Assembly: GCA_049472335.1 (NCBI GenBank)
Contig: JBLIRO010000070.1
Location: forward strand, 1 to 25,682
DNA: 25,682 nucleotides
Source of the DNA: a bacterium
GTDB taxonomy: Bacteria; SZUA-182; DTGQ01; JAFGSM01
Direction: 5' to 3'
A program made the position numbers and the translations under genes. Shown here one piece after another: positions 1-7,826 of the stretch (position 1 is the stretch's first letter; every line of letters begins with the position of its first letter). The notes below the pieces were generated by a model. That model had not been told where the DNA came from. It did no database searches and saw only the letters and a program-made list of their open reading frames with translations.

Positions 1-93
1 TCTAATACAGTCAAAGATGTTTGGAAAATCAAAAAGAAGGCCCAAAAAAGCAATGCCGTTAAATTATTGGATTGGATTTTAATGAGAATATAA
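1..93 (+). CDS. 3' end of an unknown CDS entering from the left edge (partial)
   Basis: Frame 1 is open from base 1 (SNTVKDVWKIKKKAQKSNAVKLLDWILMRI) to TAA at 91-93 and is followed immediately by a terminator-like hairpin. Confidence 0.45.
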   Translation, partial: SNTVKDVWKIKKKAQKSNAVKLLDWILMRI

Positions 94-97
94 ATAA

Positions 98-137
98 AAA
101 CGAGGCAAGATATTATAAAACCTTACCTCGTTTATTT
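98..137 (+). terminator. Probable intrinsic terminator
   Basis: Arms AAACGAGGCAAG (98-109) and CTTACCTCGTTT (122-133) with 1 mismatch, followed by a T-rich tail, just after the stop at 93. Confidence 0.5.
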
Positions 138-451
138 CTAAATAAATTGGATATAATAATTTTTTTATTAGTATTTCTTTCACATAAGTATGTTGTGGCT
201 ATTTATTTATAATTAATAAGCTTTATAAAAATATTTGGGGTTTCTATTTAAAATGTTCAAATATCTTTTTAAAAATGTAAGCAAATTTCACCGGAGTAAA
301 TGGAATACTCACTTATTTTTTATTGAATCATTTTTTGATGCAATCGTAAAAAGTCTAAAAAGTTAGGAAAAATCAGCTTTATTTTACAAATTTATTATAT
401 ACTTAACAATATAGTAGTAAAATCTATTCGCGGACTTGGTAAACAAAAAAA

Positions 452-616
452 TTCGATGTCCTGATTCCGGGAAATTCCGAGTTTATTGAGAAGGTTATTA
501 GGGAATATCCTGGGCAGAAGTTGCCAGTTATCCGGGTGTTTCTACTCCTGAAATTTCCTTGTTACTTTAAAAAGCAAGAAATAATAGATAAGTAAGATTT
601 GTAAACAACGTCCCCT
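452..616 (+). pseudogene. Degraded remnant of a REP-associated/Y1 tyrosine transposase C-terminus (with HTH)
   Basis: Two frames give FDVLIPGNSEFIEKVIRE (452-505) and AEVASYPGVSTPEIS (514-558). These resemble, from recall, the DxRILGxSxFVExVL and AExARxLGVSTSAIS segments of such transposases. The stretch ends in AACAACGTCCCCT, which I associate with the ends of these elements. Confidence 0.4.
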
Positions 617-667
617 TCTCTACCCTTTTCTACCTAAAAATAGGAGTAAAGGCGTCTCTCTTTTTAT

Positions 668-1039
668 TTAATACTCAGGAATGAAAAGTTTTAGTCTCGA
701 ATCGGGATAATGTTTCGCATTACGAGTAATAAGCATTTGATCTAACATTATGGCAGTCGCGGAAATTATACAATCATATAATTGTAACCGATGACCTTTT
801 GCTTTAACTTTTATTTCGTGACTTAGTCTTATTATGCTTCTATCCACAGATATCTCTTTAAAACAATTTAATAATGTAAACGTTGCTTCTTTCTCATCAT
901 CTCTCATCCCAAAGAGGATTTCTCCGGAAGTGATTACGCTGCAATAATTTTCTTCGTAGTTGAATTGCAGTAATGTATCCTGGGCTCCTTTTTTCCCTCT
1001 CAAATGATCTATTAAAATATCAGTGTCAAATAAAGCCAT
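668..1039 (-). CDS. vapC: PIN-domain VapC-family toxin (type II TA)
   Basis: 123 aa; N-terminal FDTDILID, SVITSGEI, LYDCIISATA and ITRNAKHY match the PIN acidic-residue motifs; ATG abuts the upstream gene's TAA (TAAATG). Confidence 0.92.
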   Translation of the reverse strand: MALFDTDILIDHLRGKKGAQDTLLQFNYEENYCSVITSGEILFGMRDDEKEATFTLLNCFKEISVDRSIIRLSHEIKVKAKGHRLQLYDCIISATAIMLDQMLITRNAKHYPDSRLKLFIPEY

Positions 1040-1288
1040 TTATAAATTTCTTCCTTCTCTCATTTTTCTTATATAATCATTAATCCCGTTTTGTAATTCA
1101 GGATGATTATTATTTTGCCACGCTGCAAAACTATTTTTAATATTTTGAGCGTAATTAATCTCTCGGATATATGCTTTGATAGCTTCAATAACAAATTCCG
1201 TAAAGTTTAATTTGTTTTTTTTCATAATCGGCTGTATCTCTTCTTGAATTTTTTCTGGTAATCTTATTGTTTTTGAGATTCGTTTCAT
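1040..1288 (-). CDS. VapB-like antitoxin, ribbon-helix-helix type (82 aa)
   Basis: Start placed at MKRISKTIRLPE (ATG at 1288, GGGAGA SD upstream). Beta-strand-helix-helix pattern (KTIRLP...NFTEFVIEAIKAYI); directly abuts vapC. Confidence 0.8.
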   Translation of the reverse strand: MKRISKTIRLPEKIQEEIQPIMKKNKLNFTEFVIEAIKAYIREINYAQNIKNSFAAWQNNNHPELQNGINDYIRKMREGRNL

Positions 1289-1382
1289 ATTACTATCTCC
1301 CGGCAAAATAAAATTTCTCACATTCATTCGACATGACAAATGAGAGAGAATCTAAGCTAAAGTCGATTATATTGATAACTAT

Positions 1383-1412
1383 ATTATAACCTTATAGAGC
1401 AGATCAATGCAA
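1383..1412 (-). promoter_or_regulatory. Possible sigma70 promoter of the TA operon
   Basis: Minus strand TTGCAT-N18-TATAAT, about 95 bp upstream of the antitoxin start. Confidence 0.35.
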
Positions 1413-1441
1413 TACATTTTTTCTGATAATGTATTACTAAA

Positions 1442-1481
1442 ATGGATTATAATATTTAACCTCTTAAATATTATAATCCAT
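1442..1481. terminator. Perfect 18-bp inverted repeat, probably a (bidirectional) terminator of the large surface-protein gene
   Basis: ATGGATTATAATATTTAA-cctc-TTAAATATTATAATCCAT, 13 bp past the stop at 1495, with T runs downstream on both strands. Confidence 0.6.
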
Positions 1482-1494
1482 CTATTTTTTTTAT

Positions 1495-4400
1495 CTATTC
1501 AATCATAAGCTTAGCCGTCTCATTCGTAACATTTACCAGTATCCAATACCCCTGTCCGGATTCAAGGATTTGTTCGGTCACTCGCTGATACCCGGTTCCC
1601 TGAATATAGCCATAGATTACACCAATGATTCCATTATCAACTGAAACCTTGGTGCCCGATTCTGTGCACCCGCCGATCATAAGCCAGCCTGATTCGCCAA
1701 CATCAAAGGTATAGCTGTATATCGGTGCCCCGCTCAGGGTATAAATTTTTGACTTATTTAATAGTATCCAGTATCCCCGGCCTATTTCTAAAGCCTCACC
1801 ATTACTTATTCTCTTATAACCAGATCCTTTTTCATAACCATAGACTACTACTGCACCCGGAAACAAAGAGGAAAGAATAGGATTTTCAGGTTTAACAGAC
1901 AGGGAGATCATGCTCCAGCCGGGGGATAGGTTCATATCTACGGATTTGATAGCTGTAGAAACATATTCATACGCCCCCATGTCGTAATACGGATACAGGC
2001 CTCCGCCTGAATTTTCAGCGTTTGGGTCATCAACACGGGCGTTCCCTGCAAGATCAAAAGCCGGTGCGCCATCGCTTGTGGCAGCATCGATGAAGGGAGA
2101 ACCGGGCTGCAGGCGGTAATTCCCTTCTGTTGGGTCCACAAACAGCGGGGCTTGATCAATGTTGTGCGTTACTGCCGGATCACCATACCCGCCCTTTAAG
2201 TTTGAGTATGTAATCTCTGGCGCTCCTGAGGATATCTCTGTTTCTGAGCCGTTCCACAAGATAGAGCTGGATATAGTCAAAAGAGAATCATAAATACCAA
2301 TTCCACTTGAATTATTAACTATGGTACAATTGACTATATTGCTGGGCAAGGAACTGGAAAAATAGATCCCCCCTGCAAAATCGGAGCTATTATTATGGAT
2401 GACAGAGTTTGTCATGGTTATAGGAGAAGAGAAACAATAGATCCCCCCGCCGTTAGAATCAGCATTGTTATATCTTATAATACAGTCAGAAATATTAATG
2501 GACGAAGAAATAGAGTTTATACCTCCCCCGTAATCAGCATATCCACTCTCCAATGTGAATCCCTTCAAGATAGTTAATCCGGAGCCGGCTAAGAGAATTA
2601 CCGATCCGTTCTCTCCCCCATTGATTATTGTAGTATTCGCACCTTCCTGACTGGTCAGATAAAGGCTTTTCCCTGCAATGAGAAGATTTTCAGAATAACT
2701 ACCGCTGGCAATAATAATTCTGTCATTTTCATGGACAACATAGTCTATAGCGTCTTGAATAGATATATAGTCTCCTGATCCATCTTGATTCACAATAATC
2801 TCCATTGCATTGGGATCATATCCTCCTTCTCCTCCATAAATTCCCATATCCGAGCGGGAGCCGTCAATGTCGTAGATCCTTGGATGGCCACTGTCTATAC
2901 AAGGAGAGCCTGAGCTCAGGTTGAAATCATTATTTTCCGGGTCAAGAAATAACGGATCATCGTCAATGTTTCCCAAACCCGGATATCCACCCTGAACATT
3001 ACAGTAGGAGGCTTTAGGATGTGAATGCTCATAAGGATATATCTGATATTCTCCGTTTCCCCTTATAATGGAATTGACAATATAAGGTGAGGACCCATAG
3101 ATTCCGCTCCCTGTGTCGCCATTGTTGCATATAACACAATTCCTTATCTCAGGGAGGTTAAAAAGATAATAGCAATAGATTGCATTGCCATTACCAGAGG
3201 GGGCTGAATTATTATTTATCAGGCAATTGGTAATGACGGGTAAAGAAAAAAATCTCAAATAGATTCCTCCACCATTGCCATGGATAGATTCATTATTGCT
3301 AAAGGTGCAATGGGTAATCATCGGTGAGGTTTCATGACAATAAAGTCCGCCGCCATTGCCTGTAGCACTATTATTGCTTATGTCGGTATGTGCAATATTC
3401 AGTTTTGATTTGTACACATAAATTCCTCCACCGATTTTTGCATTGTTGTTGCTGAAAGTTGAATTGGAAATGGTGGATTCAGTAAACCAGGAATTATAAA
3501 TAGCGCCGCCTTCCCCCAAGTTATTGCCGGTGGCGCTGTTTTCGATAAAGGCACAGTTATTTATAAGAACAGATGAGCCAATATGGTCGGAATCACAATT
3601 GGTGTATATACCTCCGCCATAACCACCATAACTACTTGAACCATCAGGGCATATCCCACCAACCGAATTTCCTCTAAACTCGCAATCATCCATCAGAATA
3701 TCGGCTGCAATGCAACAGATGCCGCCTCCGGTGGGTTCAGTATGAGTTGAATAAGCTGAATTGTTAACAAGCCTTGTATTTTTAATGGTAAGCTTAGCTT
3801 TATTACTTATATAAATTCCTCCCCCGCGGCCAGGCGATGAATTATTGATAATTTCAGAATCCATAATGGATGGCTGGGAATCATAATCAATGTAGAGCCC
3901 TCCGCCGGCACCTTCCTCCGCAGAGTTATTACTTAAAGTACTATTAATAATAGTTGGCGAAGACCTTCTGCAACGGATGCCCCCGCCATTCTGGGCGATA
4001 TTATTACTGATAAGACAATTGGATATGGTTACGTTGGCATCATACTCACACAGAATCCCGCTCCCCTTATAATCAAAAGAACCTCCGGTTTCAAAGATAC
4101 CCAAGGTTCTATTATTATCCATGATTTGGCAGTTTTCTATAGTGGCTGAAGAATGTGTGCACCATATTCCGCCTCCTCTCGTGCCTGTAATAACACAATT
4201 ACTGACAATCGGAGAGGCTCTTCCAATGAATATGGCATATTCATAAGAGTTTTGGATCCTTATCCCTCTTATTTCAGATTCATTCCCTTGACTATTACCA
4301 AAACGGACCGGACCTGTAATATGCCTTCCAGTGCTGCTGTTAATCTGATCTCCATCAATTATGGTAGCATTTACTATTGCCGGATTCCCCGGGTCAGCGC

Positions 4401-5733
4401 TCTTTAAGACAACGCTCTTGTCTGAGAAGGCGATCTGTTCACGATAAATCCCCGGCCGCAGGATTATCGCAGTGCCATCAGGAGCAGCATCCATTGCGAC
4501 TTTAATGGTTCTAAAATACTTATGGTCGCCATTTTCATCTTCATACTCCGGGAAATCGTCATCAACATGAAAATTACCATCATTGCAGATTTCATCACCA
4601 TATGGACAATTATCACAAAGATTGCCTGTGCCATCCTTATCATAATCAGCCTGATCCGGATTATAATGGTTGGGGCAATTATCGACATTTTTACAGACAC
4701 CATCGGCATCAGCATCATTAAATTCATCATGGGGGCACAGGTCGCATACATCTCCAATAAAATCGTCATCTGAATCTGTCTGATCAGGATTAAATACCTC
4801 AGGGCAATTATCCAGATCATTTCTTACTCCATCTTCATCTGTGTCAACATAGCATGGTGTTGTATGCCCTGTCAGGTGAATTGCTGCGTTAACAAAGATA
4901 GTCCAGAAATTCTCATGATCATTGACCATAGGATAATTCTCATCGCTATTATATGGATTTGCGTCAGGCACCTCACAGCCCATACTCAGATGCATAAAAG
5001 GGGCGGTTGGTGGGGCATGCCCATAAGAATCGTTTGGTTGATCAGCCCCAATTGGAAACTCGGTTATAGCGATGTCCCAGGCATCATTAGCCGTGTTATA
5101 GACAGAAGCAATCCTTATCGCTTCAGGAGACAAGCCTGTCTCATCTATAGCACTAATAAATATCCCGGATCCGCCTTCCCTGTAAATTTGTATGCAGTCT
5201 CCTACCTCCGGAGGAGGCTCCAATCCATTCATCAATTCTTGATAGAGATAGTCGAGCCTGACCGTTGTCTGGTCATCTAACCATTCAGGCCCCCCATACC
5301 CTCCGTCACTCCTGCCCAATCCCCATCGAATAACAAATCTTGGATTTGCTGTCATAAAGGGGACCCCGTCTTCAACTAAGGCATCTATTAAATAATCTAT
5401 CTGTGAAGTGCTGCTGTCCTGCCCTGTATCATCAGTCCAATATACAAGATTAAATTCACTCAGATCTATGGAAGGTATGATTTCTTGCCATCCCATTGGA
5501 ATTACCAGAAATCCTCTGCCTTCCAGGCGAAATTTGTATTCGACTTCCCATGGTTCAATATTAGAGACATCCTGAACTATAAACAGCACTTTAGCACATG
5601 GTTGTATCGTGGCTTTGAGGGCCAAACTGTGCATCCCTCCCCCTGCTATGGCTATATAGTCATTACCAGAAAGAAATAACATACTACCAATTAAAACAAG
5701 AATTCCTACCATTAACAATAATTTTCTACGCAT
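1495..5733 (-). CDS. Large secreted/surface protein: signal peptide, unknown domain, thrombospondin type-3 repeats, two right-handed parallel beta-helix modules, C-terminal beta domain
   Basis: Start placed at MRRKLLLMVG (GGAGG SD). TSP3 Ca-binding repeats DxDxDGV-DNCP-NPDQxD. Many GGGI and NNSA beta-helix repeats. Both modules end in a PLFxDP...L..GSPxID motif. C-terminal NLSPGWSMISL domain. Confidence 0.9.
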   Translation of the reverse strand: MRRKLLLMVGILVLIGSMLFLSGNDYIAIAGGGMHSLALKATIQPCAKVLFIVQDVSNIEPWEVEYKFRLEGRGFLVIPMGWQEIIPSIDLSEFNLVYWTDDTGQDSSTSQIDYLIDALVEDGVPFMTANPRFVIRWGLGRSDGGYGGPEWLDDQTTVRLDYLYQELMNGLEPPPEVGDCIQIYREGGSGIFISAIDETGLSPEAIRIASVYNTANDAWDIAITEFPIGADQPNDSYGHAPPTAPFMHLSMGCEVPDANPYNSDENYPMVNDHENFWTIFVNAAIHLTGHTTPCYVDTDEDGVRNDLDNCPEVFNPDQTDSDDDFIGDVCDLCPHDEFNDADADGVCKNVDNCPNHYNPDQADYDKDGTGNLCDNCPYGDEICNDGNFHVDDDFPEYEDENGDHKYFRTIKVAMDAAPDGTAIILRPGIYREQIAFSDKSVVLKSADPGNPAIVNATIIDGDQINSSTGRHITGPVRFGNSQGNESEIRGIRIQNSYEYAIFIGRASPIVSNCVITGTRGGGIWCTHSSATIENCQIMDNNRTLGIFETGGSFDYKGSGILCEYDANVTISNCLISNNIAQNGGGIRCRRSSPTIINSTLSNNSAEEGAGGGLYIDYDSQPSIMDSEIINNSSPGRGGGIYISNKAKLTIKNTRLVNNSAYSTHTEPTGGGICCIAADILMDDCEFRGNSVGGICPDGSSSYGGYGGGIYTNCDSDHIGSSVLINNCAFIENSATGNNLGEGGAIYNSWFTESTISNSTFSNNNAKIGGGIYVYKSKLNIAHTDISNNSATGNGGGLYCHETSPMITHCTFSNNESIHGNGGGIYLRFFSLPVITNCLINNNSAPSGNGNAIYCYYLFNLPEIRNCVICNNGDTGSGIYGSSPYIVNSIIRGNGEYQIYPYEHSHPKASYCNVQGGYPGLGNIDDDPLFLDPENNDFNLSSGSPCIDSGHPRIYDIDGSRSDMGIYGGEGGYDPNAMEIIVNQDGSGDYISIQDAIDYVVHENDRIIIASGSYSENLLIAGKSLYLTSQEGANTTIINGGENGSVILLAGSGLTILKGFTLESGYADYGGGINSISSSINISDCIIRYNNADSNGGGIYCFSSPITMTNSVIHNNSSDFAGGIYFSSSLPSNIVNCTIVNNSSGIGIYDSLLTISSSILWNGSETEISSGAPEITYSNLKGGYGDPAVTHNIDQAPLFVDPTEGNYRLQPGSPFIDAATSDGAPAFDLAGNARVDDPNAENSGGGLYPYYDMGAYEYVSTAIKSVDMNLSPGWSMISLSVKPENPILSSLFPGAVVVYGYEKGSGYKRISNGEALEIGRGYWILLNKSKIYTLSGAPIYSYTFDVGESGWLMIGGCTESGTKVSVDNGIIGVIYGYIQGTGYQRVTEQILESGQGYWILVNVTNETAKLMIE

Positions 5734-5773
5734 TTCTTCCTCCTTCTCCTTTTCTATGGAGATCCTCACGACA

Positions 5774-5949
5774 AGCAGGGATATATACTCCCTGCTCCAT
5801 AATCAGAAGAACCATAACAATTTGTAACCATAAGATGGAATCATAAGAATTAATCATAAGAATTCGTTTTATTCCCCTTTATATTTTTCAAAAGCTGATA
5901 AAAAGATGCTTAAAGGCTTGAACCGGTTAAGCTAAACCATAACAATTTG
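5774..5949. repeat. Repeat-rich 5' leader: 8-bp hairpin, CATAA array, 13-bp tandem and 15-bp direct repeat
   Basis: Hairpin AGCAGGGA/TCCCTGCT 5774-5796; CATAA at 5798, 5813, 5829, 5842, 5855, 5938; AATCATAAGAATT x2 at 5839-5864; AACCATAACAATTTG at 5810-5824 and 5935-5949. Confidence 0.75.
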
Positions 5950-5964
5950 ATTTTTCGGGATTAA

Positions 5965-5993
5965 AGTATAGGCAGGATTTCTGTTTTTGTCAA
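5965..5993 (-). promoter_or_regulatory. Sigma70 promoter of the large surface-protein gene
   Basis: Minus strand TTGACA-N17-TATACT, near-perfect consensus. Confidence 0.75.
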
Positions 5994-6422
5994 GACAAAT
6001 ACTAAAGGAATCATGGTAAAATCAAAGTCTGATATAAACTCTGCGTCCCCTGTGTGCTTTTTGGTTTATAAATCTTCCCACTGAGAACACAGTGGATAAA
6101 GTGGTTTTTGATGAGAAACCATTGAAAAAGGCAACATGTGTTACCTGGACAGACCGGCCATTAAAAGATATCTCTATTTGACAAAAAGGATTTTAAAAAC
6201 TGATAAAACATTAATTCATTGAACCAGATCTTTACGGGCTGCAATAATAATATCAGTACTCCTGTGAGATTTTTATCAAAAGTGTTCGCAAGGTTGTTTC
6301 TAAGGTTTATATAACAAAAGTAAACTTAAATGTGAGCAATGAAACCTTCAGCCATTACAACGGTTACAAAAATGCTACTAAAGGAACTTTTCTATCATTT
6401 AAGATTCGATTTTGATATTTGA

Positions 6423-6452
6423 TTGACATAATAAAATATTATGGGATAAAAT
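6423..6452 (+). promoter_or_regulatory. Possible sigma70 promoter
   Basis: TTGACA-N18-TAAAAT upstream of the HEPN remnant and the ceramidase-like gene; the AT-rich context lowers specificity. Confidence 0.45.
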
Positions 6453-6497
6453 TTTTTTACTTTTATTGGCATAATAATATTTAATGCAGAGTATAAA

Positions 6498-6614
6498 ATG
6501 AATAAGTTTGAACAGATAAAGAATAAACGTGGTATATTTATTCATGGATATTTTGACATTGACTATGAGGTTGTATGGAAAACCTTTGATGAACTCATTT
6601 CATCCGTATTTTAA
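6498..6614 (+). pseudogene. C-terminal remnant of a DUF86/HepT-like HEPN ribonuclease
   Basis: 38-codon ORF MNKFEQIKNKRGIFIHGYFDIDYEVVWKTFDELISSVF containing RxxxxH followed by GYFxIDYExVWxT, as in DUF86 C-termini. Confidence 0.65.
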
Positions 6615-6697
6615 GAATGCTAAACTATACATAACAGCAGGGGAGCTGCAAAGAGCAACATAGATACCTTTATTCATTATCAGAACAGGGAGGGGAT

Positions 6698-7534
6698 ATG
6701 GACTGGAAACGTCAATATATTGGACTATGGATCGGTGCTGCGCTATTTGTTTTATCCATGATTGTATTTTTTATTTTGGCCGTCGCCGGTTGGCCGGGCG
6801 GGCCTGATAAGTGTCTCATCATCGAAAACGGTGTTGCTATCGATAGTTGTTATTGTGAAACCCTCCGTTCAGGATTGGTCAAACAGCCGGCCAATACCTG
6901 GTCTGATCTGGCCTTTGTCATTGTCGGATTATCCTTATTAGTCATAATAGGCAAAGAAAACCATGATAGTGGAGCTGTGAATGCTATGTTGAGTGGCGGA
7001 TGGATCGCAAGCCTATATTGCTGGGTAATCATCTTTATGGGACCCGGCAGTATGTATTTTCATGCATCTATGGTGAACTGGGCTGGTTTTATCGATAGTA
7101 CTTCGATGTTTTTACTGTTGACCTTTATTATTGGCTACGATCTATATCAAGTTACTAGTGGTGAGGTATTTTCCTGGTTATCTTGGGTGATCGCCTTGGC
7201 TGTGTTGACTTTAGCATTGATCCTAGTGATTGTTATTCCTGAAGTGGCCACCTACATTTTTATTGGATTTGCTGTATCGACCGGCATTTTTGATTTGATC
7301 TTACACTTGGCGAGTAATTTAAAACGCAAATGGCGTTGGTATATCACTTTTTTTGCGGTATTTGGCGGGGCCGTAGTGATCTGGATTTTATCAGGAACAG
7401 GTATGCCTTTATGTTCACCTGATGCAGTATTTTTACAGGGGCATGCCTGGTGGCATATTCTGAGTGCCATAGCAATGATATTTCTCTTTCTATACTTTCG
7501 CAGTGAAACGGGTGGACGTGCTGCAAGTGCTTGA
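6698..7534 (+). CDS. CREST-superfamily (alkaline ceramidase-like) membrane hydrolase
   Basis: YCE...QPANTWSDLAF, GSMYFHAS (SxxxH), FIDSTSM and HAWWH (HxxxH) Zn-site motifs; about 7-8 hydrophobic segments; GGGAGG SD. Confidence 0.85.
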   Translation: MDWKRQYIGLWIGAALFVLSMIVFFILAVAGWPGGPDKCLIIENGVAIDSCYCETLRSGLVKQPANTWSDLAFVIVGLSLLVIIGKENHDSGAVNAMLSGGWIASLYCWVIIFMGPGSMYFHASMVNWAGFIDSTSMFLLLTFIIGYDLYQVTSGEVFSWLSWVIALAVLTLALILVIVIPEVATYIFIGFAVSTGIFDLILHLASNLKRKWRWYITFFAVFGGAVVIWILSGTGMPLCSPDAVFLQGHAWWHILSAIAMIFLFLYFRSETGGRAASA

Positions 7535-7545
7535 TATTGATGAAT

Positions 7546-7782
7546 GATCTGAACTATTTTCATTGGATTTTGAGCATCATAAATACCAAAGAGATTGTTA
7601 TTCGCATATGCAGTCAGCTCAATTATAACTGTGCTAACTGAACCACCTGATCCGTGGATTGCCCAATAGGAATCTATGCTGTCATTAAGTGCTTCCGTAA
7701 TAACATTTGTTCTGCTGACACCAGGATTTGGGCCTATAGTTATATTATTTGGTACTCTCTGAAGTGAAACACCACTGTCGCA
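7546..7782 (-). pseudogene. Fragment resembling a secreted PEP-CTERM-type/DUF4114-associated protein
   Basis: LQRVPNNITIGPNPGVS...DSYWAIHGSGGSVSTVIIELTAYANNNLFGIYDAQNP resembles, from recall, the N-terminal half of those proteins. No signal peptide; plausible coding ends just before the convergent ceramidase gene. Confidence 0.45.
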
Positions 7783-7826
7783 AAGGATAGAGCGATTGCC
7801 CTTCCTCCTAACAGACAATTAAAACC

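Noticed and set aside
336..355. TGATGCAATCGTAAAAAGTC, resembling a dispersed repeat end recalled from Deltaproteobacteria
   Set aside because: Single copy with no inverted partner in the window; cannot be supported.
1938..5679. Short ORFs nested in or antisense to the large surface-protein gene
   Set aside because: Shadow frames of a repetitive coding sequence; no motifs.
5798..5864. Possible CRISPR array or riboswitch in the repeat-rich leader
   Set aside because: Units are only 13-16 bp with no unique spacers, no cas genes are present, and no riboswitch consensus was recognised.
6039..6095. CTCTGCGTCCCCTGTG...CCACTGAGAACACAG, like degenerate REP-type repeats
   Set aside because: Too degenerate and single-copy to call.
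7252..7545. C-terminal half of ORF 7252..7818
   Set aside because: Antisense read-through of the ceramidase-like gene; only the part above ~7546 looks protein-like.
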